DNA of 64,000 bases from Spirochaetia bacterium (GTDB lineage Bacteria > Spirochaetota > Spirochaetia > UBA9216). Both the position numbers and the translations under genes were made by a program. Below are positions 52,818 to 61,153 of this stretch, piece after piece. Under the pieces are notes generated by a model that saw only the letters and a program-made list of their open reading frames with translations, searched no databases and had not been told where the DNA came from. Every line of letters begins with the position of its first letter. The stretch's first letter is position 1. The stretch spans positions 1,728,001 to 1,792,000 of the forward strand of contig OY776510.1 in NCBI GenBank assembly GCA_963675665.1, in the 5' to 3' direction.

Positions 52818-54119
52818 ATGAAAAGCGGACCTAAGAGCAGGGCTATGTATCAAAGAGCGGCTGAGTCCATTCCGGGAGGAGTTTCCTCCAATTTCCGTTA
52901 TTGGGGACCTGAATCAACTCTGGTTGTGAAAAGGGCTGAAGGTGCATATTTGTGGGACCAGGATGACAAACGTTATATTGATTACAGACTCGGTTTCGGT
53001 CCTGTAGTACTGGGGCATGCACGACAAGAGATAACTGATCATGTAGCTGAAGCGATGAAAATCGGTAACTGTTTTGCAATGACCAATGAGTATGAAATAC
53101 GGGTTGCAGAAAAGATCCGGGCAATGACCGGCGTAGACTATGTTCGTATGACTAACACCGGAACCGAAGCGACAATGGGTGCAATGAGGATTGCACGTGC
53201 TTTTACCGGGCGCGATAAAATACTTAAATTCGACGGTGCATATCACGGTTTTCATGATTACTCACTCTGGAATACATACCCGCCGGTATCCGGCGTCGGT
53301 TACCGAATGTCTCCGTTCCTGGTTCCGCAGGGCTCGGGTATCCCGAGATCTGTAGGCGACCTTATGTATTCATTACCGTTTAACGATAAGGAAGTTCTTG
53401 AAAAGAAGCTCAAGGAACGATGGCATGAGATAGCATGTATAATAATCGAACCGCTTCTTGGAAACCAGGCATCAATCATGCCTCAGGACGGATTTCTCGA
53501 GTTTGTCAGAGAACAATGTGATAAATACGGTATCGTTATGATCATCGATGAAGTAAAAACCGGTTTCAGAATTGCTCCGGGCGGCGCTCAGGAATATTTC
53601 GGAATCAAGGCGGATCTTGTAACCTACGCAAAATGTCTTGGAAACGGTTTTCCTGTAGCAGCAATAGGCGGACAAAAACATATCATGGGCGAAGTAGGAC
53701 CCGGCAAGATTCCTCACGGAGGAACCTACGGTTCCAATGTAGTGGCAATGGCCGCCGCCGAGAAGGTTCTTGAACTTATCGAAGCAGGCGAACTGAAAAA
53801 AGTCGACGCCCACGGCAGGAAACTCAAGGCCGGCTGGAAGAAAATTCTTGATGCCGCCGGAGTTCCGTATGTAATTCAGGGGCCCGATGCAATGCCCGGA
53901 ATAGTTTTTACCGAAGAACCTGTATGTCGGGAATATAAACACTGGGCGGAAGGAGACCATGATACTTATACTGATATTATTCAGAAATGTATAGAGAAAG
54001 GGGTAATGCCCGATTACGATTCGCGTGAACCGTGGTTTATATCTTCATGCCATACGGATGAAGATGCTGATTTTGTTCTCGGTGTTTTTGAAGAATCCGT
54101 AAAAGAGATACTGGGTTAA
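52818..54119 (+). CDS. Class III PLP aminotransferase (GSA-aminomutase-like, not HemL context)
   Basis: IPGGVSSNFR, EGAYLWD.D..RYIDY, TGTEATMGAMRIARAFTGR, IDEVKTGFR, DLVTYAKCLGNG, HGGTY. Confidence 0.9.
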   Translation: MKSGPKSRAMYQRAAESIPGGVSSNFRYWGPESTLVVKRAEGAYLWDQDDKRYIDYRLGFGPVVLGHARQEITDHVAEAMKIGNCFAMTNEYEIRVAEKIRAMTGVDYVRMTNTGTEATMGAMRIARAFTGRDKILKFDGAYHGFHDYSLWNTYPPVSGVGYRMSPFLVPQGSGIPRSVGDLMYSLPFNDKEVLEKKLKERWHEIACIIIEPLLGNQASIMPQDGFLEFVREQCDKYGIVMIIDEVKTGFRIAPGGAQEYFGIKADLVTYAKCLGNGFPVAAIGGQKHIMGEVGPGKIPHGGTYGSNVVAMAAAEKVLELIEAGELKKVDAHGRKLKAGWKKILDAAGVPYVIQGPDAMPGIVFTEEPVCREYKHWAEGDHDTYTDIIQKCIEKGVMPDYDSREPWFISSCHTDEDADFVLGVFEESVKEILG

Positions 54120-54128
54120 TACAAAGAG

Positions 54129-54164
54129 GCTGCCTGTAAATATTTGCAGGCAGCTATATTTTTT
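54129..54164 (+). terminator. Intrinsic terminator after the aminotransferase
   Basis: GCTGCCTGTAAAT/ATTTGCAGGCAGC followed by a T-rich tail. Confidence 0.65.
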
Positions 54165-54252
54165 AAATTTTATATTGTATGTACGTGCAAACAATGTTAA
54201 AATACCGACCGTGATATATATAATCCGGTAACAGGATGCATTTCAATTAAGA

Positions 54253-54268
54253 TAACATGCTGCTGTTA
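54253..54268. promoter_or_regulatory. Second TAACA-N6-TGTTA palindrome upstream of the symporter
   Basis: TAACATGCTGCTGTTA, about 20 nt upstream of TG-G-TATCAT. Confidence 0.55.
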
Positions 54269-54303
54269 AGTGCAAATCAGGGGTATGGTATCATATATAT
54301 AGA

Positions 54304-55851
54304 ATGTACAAACAATCTATAAAAAATCAGGAGGAGAAGAGATTGGGAAACGCAGTTGTTCAATTACACTTTCTTGACTGGGCGATAGTCGTGCTTTACA
54401 TCGCTTTCATGCTTTTTGTAGGATTTTATTTCTCCAGGAAAAAGCAGGGATTTGATGACTATTTCATGGCCGGCCGCTCACTGACAGCGCCTCTTCTGGT
54501 GGGAACGCTTGTATCGACATTTTACGGACTCGATACCCTGTTCGGCACATCAGAAGTAGGGTTTTACGAAGGAGTATCAGCATTTTTTGCATATTCGCTG
54601 CCGTATACGGCGCTATATGTTATTATGGCTGTGCTTGCGCCTAAATTTAAGGAGATATTTCCTGAAGGGACAACGATGCAGGACATCGCTTTCAGGAAAT
54701 ATGGAAAAGCCACAGGAGTTTTTACTTCAATAGCCGCTTTCCTGTATTCAACGAATACAATGGAAATGATGGGCATAGGATTTATCCTTAATCTTGTTAC
54801 CGGAATGCCAATCTGGCTCGGAACAATTATAGGTGCTGTTCTTGTGCTTGTTTACACATGGACGGGCGGTCTCTGGGCAGTGACAATGACTGATTTCATA
54901 CAGTTCATTTCAATGATGATAACTGTCGGAATTGCTCTTATAATCGGCTGGAAAGCGATCGGCGGATATGAAGGTGTTTTCAGCGGTCTTGTTGAGTGGA
55001 CGGGAAGCGTCGAAGATGCGCGATATTTCTTCAGCGCAGGGGCAGGGTATCTCAGTCCCTGGACGCTTGTATCGTATGCGATTACCTCGCTTGCCGTTTT
55101 GGCAGAGCCGGCATTCTTTCAGAGAGTTTTCGCATCATCCGGTCCCAAGGAAATTCAAAAAGCTTTCGCCGCCGGTGTTCCGATGTGGCTGTCTTTCGAC
55201 TGGTGCGTTACTTTTCTGGGCATCCTCGGGGCCGCCGCAATAGGGCTTGGAATTATTCCCGAGGTTGAAGCAAACCAGGCATTGTTTGCAATATGCGGCC
55301 AGTATCTGCCGGTTGGGCTTTTGGGTGTATTTCTTGCAGGCGTTCTTGCTGCCGCAATGTCTACAGCAGATTCCTATTTTCTGGTTTCAGGCGGTGTTCT
55401 CGGTTACGATATCTATAAAAATGTTATCAAGCCCGACGCAACCTCGGAACAGATTGAGAGAATGACCAAGATAGGTATGCTTATCTCGGCAGCCCTTGCA
55501 ATAGGGTTGGCTTTCACTTTTGATGCAATCATGGAAGTCTGGGTTTTCCAGGCAACAATAATTCTTTCAGTAGCGCTGGTTCCGGTATACTTCGGCGCTT
55601 TCAGTAAAAAACCGCCCAAGAAAATTGCCGGAACTCTTTCAACCGGTTTGGGTCTGATTCTTTCCATTGTCTGGTATATCTGGTCGAATTTCTTCGGAAC
55701 ATGGAGCGACGACTGGGAAGTTTATCTTGTAAAGATTGGAAATGTAGAGCTTTGGCAGGAACATGGTATACTTATAATAGTACCGCTGGTTATTGTGGTT
55801 TATCTGATTGCCAATGTCATTGGTAAGGAAACAGTAGAGGAGGCTGCATAA
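54304..55851 (+). CDS. Sodium:solute symporter (SSS) family transporter; start uncertain
   Basis: DDYFMAGRSL, YTWTGGLWAVTMTDFIQF, FFQRVFAS, LAAAMSTADS. Confidence 0.93.
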   Translation: MYKQSIKNQEEKRLGNAVVQLHFLDWAIVVLYIAFMLFVGFYFSRKKQGFDDYFMAGRSLTAPLLVGTLVSTFYGLDTLFGTSEVGFYEGVSAFFAYSLPYTALYVIMAVLAPKFKEIFPEGTTMQDIAFRKYGKATGVFTSIAAFLYSTNTMEMMGIGFILNLVTGMPIWLGTIIGAVLVLVYTWTGGLWAVTMTDFIQFISMMITVGIALIIGWKAIGGYEGVFSGLVEWTGSVEDARYFFSAGAGYLSPWTLVSYAITSLAVLAEPAFFQRVFASSGPKEIQKAFAAGVPMWLSFDWCVTFLGILGAAAIGLGIIPEVEANQALFAICGQYLPVGLLGVFLAGVLAAAMSTADSYFLVSGGVLGYDIYKNVIKPDATSEQIERMTKIGMLISAALAIGLAFTFDAIMEVWVFQATIILSVALVPVYFGAFSKKPPKKIAGTLSTGLGLILSIVWYIWSNFFGTWSDDWEVYLVKIGNVELWQEHGILIIVPLVIVVYLIANVIGKETVEEAA

Positions 55852-55973
55852 TGGGTTGGAACGCAATGTGTTATATAATGGGCGCTATATCAATAGTCGG
55901 TCCGATATGTCTTATCTTCTGGTATGTCAAAGGCGCGAAAGCTCAGCTTGCAAATCTTAATGACAAGGATTGA
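55851..55973 (+). CDS. 40-aa single-TM protein, probable symporter accessory subunit (not in ORF track)
   Basis: GAGGAGG RBS, TAATG stop/start overlap, MGWNAMCYIMGAISIVGPICLIFWYVKGAKAQLANLNDKD*. Confidence 0.7.
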   Translation: MGWNAMCYIMGAISIVGPICLIFWYVKGAKAQLANLNDKD

Positions 55974-56051
55974 TCCATGATTTAATATCCCCGGAGCAGG
56001 TTTCCGGGGAACCTGAAACGGGCATAGTGCCTTAAAGCGAGGTGAAGAAAA

Positions 56052-57272
56052 ATGAAAAAGGTAATGGTCGTTGGTGTGGGAGCCCAGGGAAGTACCATAG
56101 CAAAAAGACTTGATGAAGAAGCGAATGTTTCTGAAATAATCTGTGCTGATTATGATGAAAAAGCAGCTGTAAATGTTGCGGGACAACTGAAAAAAGCCAG
56201 TGCAGTTAAGCTGAACGCTAAAAATGTTAAAGAGATAATTGCTGCTGCCGAAGGTTGTGATCTTATTGTTAACGGGTTGGCTCCGGATTTCAACATGAAT
56301 GTGATGGATGCCGCGCTTGCAGTCGGCGCATGTTATCAGGACCTGGCGTCAGGTCCGGTCAGTGATCTTGATTTTGTATCGGCAGTTAAAAGATGTTTAA
56401 ACAGGTCTTCTGAATTTGAAGCAAAGGGTCTGACAGCGCTTATTAATACCGGATCAGCTCCGGGTATGGCTAACGTGCTTACCCGACACGGTGTTGACAA
56501 GCTGGACAGCTGTGACAGGATCGATATTTTTGTCTACGATGAAATCTGGTCAAAGAAGTTTATTCCGTTTTGGTGGTCGCCCGAGACCGCGTTCGGAGAT
56601 ATGGCTGCTGAGCCTATAATTTACAAAGACGGCAAGTTTATAAGGGTTCCGCCTTTCAATAATCCCGAGATGGTCGACTTCAAGGGAGTTGGACCGAAAC
56701 GAATGGTTGATCATGAGCATGAAGAACCCGTAACCATGGGGCTGCTTTCAGACAAGGTTCTTAAAGGCGTCGGTGAAGTAAATTTCAAATACGGCGGACC
56801 GGGACTTGAACTGGCTGAGTCACTCTACAAAATGGGCCTTCTTTCAGAAGAAAAGCTTGATGTAAAGGGGCAGGAGATTGTTCCCATGGATATCATTTCC
56901 AGGCTGACACCTCCCGCACCCAAGTACGCGGACGAAATTCAGGCGGTCCTTGATGAGGGAATGGTTTCTGAAGACGGAGTTTTCCTCGTCAGGGTAACGG
57001 GTAAAAAGGACGGCAGGACAAGCCGTATCGATTTGTATTGTTATGCTCCCGGTCTGACGGAATCTTTTGAGAAGGCTGGCATTACGCACGAATCCTATTT
57101 TACCGGACAGGCGGCATTCCTGTTTACCAAGATGTTTATAAACGATATTTTGTCTACAAAAGGATGTTTTCCGCCTGAATGTCTCGAAGAAAAAGAGAGG
57201 AACTACTATCTCAGTGAAGCGGCGAAACTTGATATTCTTGTTGATGAGATAGTAGAAACAAGGCTTTATTAG
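56052..57272 (+). CDS. Saccharopine dehydrogenase-like NAD(P)-dependent oxidoreductase
   Basis: VVGVGAQGS, VMDAAL..GACYQDLA, NTGSAPGMAN, WSPET, HEHEEPVT, GCFPPE. Confidence 0.88.
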   Translation: MKKVMVVGVGAQGSTIAKRLDEEANVSEIICADYDEKAAVNVAGQLKKASAVKLNAKNVKEIIAAAEGCDLIVNGLAPDFNMNVMDAALAVGACYQDLASGPVSDLDFVSAVKRCLNRSSEFEAKGLTALINTGSAPGMANVLTRHGVDKLDSCDRIDIFVYDEIWSKKFIPFWWSPETAFGDMAAEPIIYKDGKFIRVPPFNNPEMVDFKGVGPKRMVDHEHEEPVTMGLLSDKVLKGVGEVNFKYGGPGLELAESLYKMGLLSEEKLDVKGQEIVPMDIISRLTPPAPKYADEIQAVLDEGMVSEDGVFLVRVTGKKDGRTSRIDLYCYAPGLTESFEKAGITHESYFTGQAAFLFTKMFINDILSTKGCFPPECLEEKERNYYLSEAAKLDILVDEIVETRLY

Positions 57273-57315
57273 ATATTGGTTCATTTCTACTCCCTTCAAA
57301 CTCTGTGTTTCAAAC

Positions 57316-57348
57316 CTCTGATAAACCCAAATTAGGGTTATCAGAGGT
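57316..57348 (+). terminator. Stem-loop after the dehydrogenase gene
   Basis: ACCTCTGATAA(A)CCC-AAATTA-GGGTTATCAGAGGT. Confidence 0.55.
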
Positions 57349-57414
57349 CCCCTATCTTTAATTTTTTATTTGGCTTTTCCATTAACATGATTTAAAATTA
57401 GATAATCTTGAATG

Positions 57415-57528
57415 GAGGAATGATAAAAGTATTTCCTTTACTTATATCATTTTGAAGTTTGAAAGCTAAACTGCGTTGCAGATTTTGCTTTCAAAACTTC
57501 CTCTTGCAAACCCGCATCCATGCGGGAA
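57415..57528 (+). repeat. Dispersed multi-hairpin intergenic element, copy C
   Basis: Shares AGGAATGATAAAAGT with 30005-30019 and AAACCCGCATCCATGCGGGAA with 48079-48099. Confidence 0.7.
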
Positions 57529-57547
57529 TTCTTAATAGGAGATAAAG

Positions 57548-58081
57548 ATGAAAAAAATATTATTAACATTTATTGTTATAAGCTTTGTTCTGCCGGCTGC
57601 GCTTTTCGCAGCTGATGATATTACAGGCTTATGGAAAACCATTGACGACGAAACGGGAAACCCCAAGGGCGTTGTTGCTGTTTATAAATACCAGGGTAAA
57701 ATTTATGGACGGGTTATTGCCTCTTTTGATGATGATGGAAAATATATCGATGACGACATGTACAGGCAGATCAACACTTCTCCGTATCTGGTTGGCGATC
57801 CGGCCTTTAACGCTCTTACCATTATCTGGGACATGAAAGATAAAGGGAAAAAATGGGGCAGCGGAAAAATTATGGATCCGGGTGATGATGAGGAAAAGAA
57901 ACCGAATATTTATGACTGTGAAATGTGGCGGGAAGGCGATACGCTTGTAGTCAGAGGAAAGATTCTGTTTATCGGCAGAAACCAAACCTGGTACCCCATG
58001 AAAAATTCGGAATTTCCGGAAGGTTTTAAAATTCCCGACTGGAAGAGTTTTAAACCTGAAATCCCGGCAATAAAGAAATAA
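57548..58081 (+). CDS. DUF2147-family secreted protein
   Basis: Signal peptide; DITGLWKTIDDETG, GKIYGRVI, WGSGKIMDP, LVVRGKILFIGRNQTW. Confidence 0.88.
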   Translation: MKKILLTFIVISFVLPAALFAADDITGLWKTIDDETGNPKGVVAVYKYQGKIYGRVIASFDDDGKYIDDDMYRQINTSPYLVGDPAFNALTIIWDMKDKGKKWGSGKIMDPGDDEEKKPNIYDCEMWREGDTLVVRGKILFIGRNQTWYPMKNSEFPEGFKIPDWKSFKPEIPAIKK

Positions 58082-58098
58082 AACAGAATCATACTTTT

Positions 58099-58136
58099 TA
58101 TTTTCCCGGAAGGAGAGTACTCTTTCCGGGATTTTT
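58099..58136. terminator. Terminator hairpin between convergent genes
   Basis: TCCCGGAAGGAG-AGTA-CTCTTTCCGGGA followed by TTTTT. Confidence 0.7.
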
Positions 58137-58186
58137 ACAGTCTTTCTGTGGGGATAATGCCTGCGGTATTGATCAGGCCTGTTATT

Positions 58187-59359
58187 TTAATGTCCGCCCC
58201 CGCAGGATCCACCGCCGTATATTTTCGTCGGATCCAGTCCGGCTTCTTCGTATAATTCATTTACCAGGGTTTCAACTCTCGAGGGCTCGATTCCAATATC
58301 CTTAAAACTGCTGGTAAAATCTTCATCGGCAAATCCGAATTCCTGCTGAAGATATACCGGATTTATTCTGAAAATTGTAACAATATCCTGGAAGGAATTA
58401 TCCGTTTTTATTCTCTGCGGCCCCCACAATAATCTCTCAGTTTTTTGTTCGAGGCCGGTTGGACTTTTCCAGACAAACTGTTTTGTAAATGTTGTAATAC
58501 CTACAATAACAACGAATATTAACACTGTGATTAAAATCAGAGATGAAGGTTTAATCTTTTTTTTGCCGGATTTGCCCGCTCCGACTGATAAAGCATTTTC
58601 CGGACATTCAGGAATACACTTCATGCAGTTGATACACTCGGCGGAGGTTACATTTTCAGGTTCCGATACAGAAATATTCATCGGGCATGCTTCATCACAA
58701 GCGCCGCAGGATGTACATAGTTCTTTGTTGTTAACAATTCGAAAAACTCCGATCTTCGATACCGGAGCAAGAAATGCACCCATAGGACAAAGATATTTGC
58801 AGAATACCCTGTCCAGAAAAAAAGAGGCTATCAAACTGACAATTAAAATAATGAAACCAATCAGGTAACCGCTGAAAAGTTCATCAGATCCTATATGGTG
58901 AAATGCTGCCCATGGATCCATCGGTCTGAAGATTAAACTGAATGTTATCCAGGTGCCGCCGATTATAATGACAAGCCCTGTGTATTTGATAAATTTCATT
59001 ATTTTATCAAGACGTGACGGCAGATAGAAACGTTTTCCTGACAATTTTCGGCCCAGCCCGGCAGACAGCTCCTGAAGAAATCCCAGAGGGCAAATGTTTC
59101 CGCAGAACGAACGTCTGAAAATTGCGGTTGTGATAATTACGGCGGCAAAGAGAATCATGCTGCTTAAGGCTATCCGTTTAAGAAATGCATTATATTTAAA
59201 AAATGTAAATAATGATTCGAGACCGCCGAACGGGCAAAAAGCGTCAATAGCCGGGTAAAGTTTGATAATGGAGTGTAGTCTTCCCAATACTGTTACCAAT
59301 AATAAAAGAGAAAGCAGTATTGCGAATCTGAGTATCCTGTGTATATGTCTATTTTGCAT
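58187..59359 (-). CDS. Membrane 4Fe-4S protein (NapH/YccM-like)
   Basis: CPFGG, FCGNICPLG, FCKYLCPMG, CTSCGACDEACP, CINCMKCIPECP. Confidence 0.9.
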   Translation of the reverse strand: MQNRHIHRILRFAILLSLLLLVTVLGRLHSIIKLYPAIDAFCPFGGLESLFTFFKYNAFLKRIALSSMILFAAVIITTAIFRRSFCGNICPLGFLQELSAGLGRKLSGKRFYLPSRLDKIMKFIKYTGLVIIIGGTWITFSLIFRPMDPWAAFHHIGSDELFSGYLIGFIILIVSLIASFFLDRVFCKYLCPMGAFLAPVSKIGVFRIVNNKELCTSCGACDEACPMNISVSEPENVTSAECINCMKCIPECPENALSVGAGKSGKKKIKPSSLILITVLIFVVIVGITTFTKQFVWKSPTGLEQKTERLLWGPQRIKTDNSFQDIVTIFRINPVYLQQEFGFADEDFTSSFKDIGIEPSRVETLVNELYEEAGLDPTKIYGGGSCGGGH

Positions 59360-59416
59360 ATATGGACTTTATTATATAAATCATTGATTGTCAAATACAT
59401 TATCAAAACAATAATA

Positions 59417-59441
59417 TAAAAGCCGCCCTGCAGGACGGCTT
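59417..59441 (-). terminator. Intrinsic terminator closing the small-protein transcript
   Basis: Minus strand AAGCCGTCCTGCAGGGCGGCTTTT. Confidence 0.7.
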
Positions 59442-59505
59442 ATGTTGTTATTTATTATACACTCTTATCATTGTTTTATACCTCCTTGTTCATAAAACGT
59501 TCAGT

Positions 59506-59712
59506 TCAGGCTGTCATCCGCTCACCGATAGCTATCAGTTGTCTGCCGATTCTGTACTTCAGTGCTTTGATGGCATTGCTCCCGGCTGCACTTTCGGCTG
59601 CCTTTTTGGCTGCAATCTTTGCTTTGCGCGCGCGCCTGATTGATTCCGCTTCAGCGAGTCTGTCCCGGTGAAGCCCTGCGGCTGTCTTGTAATCAAAGTC
59701 GCCTGCTAACAT
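59506..59712 (-). CDS. 68-aa basic, Ala/Lys/Arg-rich hypothetical protein
   Basis: AGGAGAGGAG RBS before ATG 59712; MLAGDFDYKTAAGLHRDRLAEAESIRRARKAK...LKYRIGRQLIAIGERMTA. Confidence 0.75.
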   Translation of the reverse strand: MLAGDFDYKTAAGLHRDRLAEAESIRRARKAKIAAKKAAESAAGSNAIKALKYRIGRQLIAIGERMTA

Positions 59713-59752
59713 TTTTTCTCCTCTCCTTTCCAATCCGTTTGTCTCTACGGAT

Positions 59753-59864
59753 AAAAAAAGCCGCAAACAACAAGTTAACTTGTTTGTGTTTGCGGCTCCG
59801 GATGAACAACAGGAATTATCTTCCTGAACCCAAAAAAAAAGCCGCAATTCCGGAGAACTGCGGC
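59753..59864 (-). promoter_or_regulatory. Two tandem terminator hairpins forming a probable attenuator
   Basis: Minus strand GCCGCAGTTC-TCCG-GAATTGCGGC-U9 (59832-59864) and AGCCGCAAAC...GTTTGCGGC-U7 (59753-59797). Confidence 0.7.
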
Positions 59865-59887
59865 AATCAAGCAATTAAAATAAAAGA

Positions 59888-59956
59888 TTACGACAGATCC
59901 CCTTTGGATTTAATATCTGCTGACACTGCTACTTCAAAATATCTTAGATTTGTCAT
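59888..59956 (-). CDS. Putative 22-aa leader peptide MTNLRYFEVAVSADIKSKGDLS
   Basis: AAGGAG RBS; downstream of TTGACA-18bp-TAGTAT; stop about 23 nt before terminator 1. Confidence 0.6.
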   Translation of the reverse strand: MTNLRYFEVAVSADIKSKGDLS

Positions 59957-60036
59957 AGGTATCTGTCTCCTTTTCCTGTAATCTATAGCGTATACTATCC
60001 CTTAATTTCGATATATGTCAACACTTTTTTATGAAT

Positions 60037-60909
60037 TCATAACAAAAAGCTTTTTCCTGTGAAGAAAAAATCAATTCCTGAACCCAATTCTTCTTTTAGC
60101 ATCATTTTTGCCCTGTTTCCGGTACAGTGTCCCGTGAAATAAAGCGGATGATTCGTCTGCTGTATGCGGTTATCGGATGTCAAATGTTTCAGCTCTTCAG
60201 CAGTTTTCAGAATAGCCTGATCAAATTCTGTTGAAATATTCTGGATATCGGGCAGGTGAAACCCTCCTGCAACAGCCGCAAGTTTTTTTCCCGGAAAAAG
60301 ATTAAAAGTATGTCTGATTATTGCAAGAATATTGTTGTGAGAGCATCCTGACAGAATAACAAGATCGTCGTCTCTTTCAATCACTATAAAGATCTCATGT
60401 TCAAAAGTTTCTGTACTTTCACCGTTTTGGTCGTGGAGAAAGAGTGAATTGTCGTTGAATATCGGCCCCCTGTCGGGTATCTCGCTGCATGGAATAATAT
60501 GAATCCCGGGTGCGGGTTCTATTGCCGTATCAATGAAGCTGAAGCGGTTTTCATGTTCCTTTAAAATTCCGGTTTCTATTCCAATATATCTCGCGGTTCC
60601 CCTTTTACTGGTACTGTAGTAAACAGGCCGTTTGCAGTCTTTATGAAGATATACGGGAGCTTTCTTGTTTGCATCTATAAAAGCCGGCAACCCGCCGCCG
60701 TGATCATAATGCGCGTGAGAAACAACACAGAATTCCACATCAGCAAGATTGATGTTGAGTCTTTTTGCATTTTCGGCAAAGCTGCTGCTTTGACCTGTAT
60801 CAAACAGAAAAAATGATTTTTCGGTTTTTACCAGTAACGACAATCCGTGTTCGTTCAGCAGATCCGGTCCCGGTTTATCATCAATAAGAAATGTAAGTTC
60901 AGTCGACAT
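60037..60909 (-). CDS. MBL-fold metallo-hydrolase
   Basis: EHGLSLL, LFDTGQS, SHAHYDHGGGL, SGCSH, GGFHL, GHCTG. Confidence 0.92.
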   Translation of the reverse strand: MSTELTFLIDDKPGPDLLNEHGLSLLVKTEKSFFLFDTGQSSSFAENAKRLNINLADVEFCVVSHAHYDHGGGLPAFIDANKKAPVYLHKDCKRPVYYSTSKRGTARYIGIETGILKEHENRFSFIDTAIEPAPGIHIIPCSEIPDRGPIFNDNSLFLHDQNGESTETFEHEIFIVIERDDDLVILSGCSHNNILAIIRHTFNLFPGKKLAAVAGGFHLPDIQNISTEFDQAILKTAEELKHLTSDNRIQQTNHPLYFTGHCTGNRAKMMLKEELGSGIDFFFTGKSFLL

Positions 60910-61114
60910 TTTTCTGTTCTGCCTGTTGTTTAATAAAAATATGCTCTTTGCGGACTTCTGTAATAAGATCCTTAACCACCCATTCCCTGTTAGTGTCGGT
61001 GCCCATTGCAAATGCAGTTTCAGAAGGTTTTTCAATCACTGATTTAACCGCACGCATAATTACAAGAGTTTCATCCTGTGTAAAACCATTAATAAAAATT
61101 ACTTTATCTTCCAT
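60899..61114 (-). CDS. DUF3783-like small protein
   Basis: VIFINGFTQDE...FAMGTDTNREWVVKDLITEVRKEH. Confidence 0.8.
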   Translation of the reverse strand: MEDKVIFINGFTQDETLVIMRAVKSVIEKPSETAFAMGTDTNREWVVKDLITEVRKEHIFIKQQAEQKNVD

Positions 61115-61153
61115 GCTGATGATTATAACATAAAAACCGGGGATTATTCATCC

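Noticed and set aside
52818-54119. hemL assignment
   Set aside because: N-terminal motif is GGVSSNFRYW rather than GGVNSPVRAF, and the context is transport/catabolic, not tetrapyrrole synthesis.
59713-59874. 122-aa version of the small basic protein from the ORF track
   Set aside because: The extension runs through two terminator hairpins; the strong RBS precedes ATG 59712.
59753-59960. T-box or amino-acid biosynthetic attenuator
   Set aside because: No T-box consensus, no amino-acid run in the leader and no synthetase or biosynthetic gene downstream.
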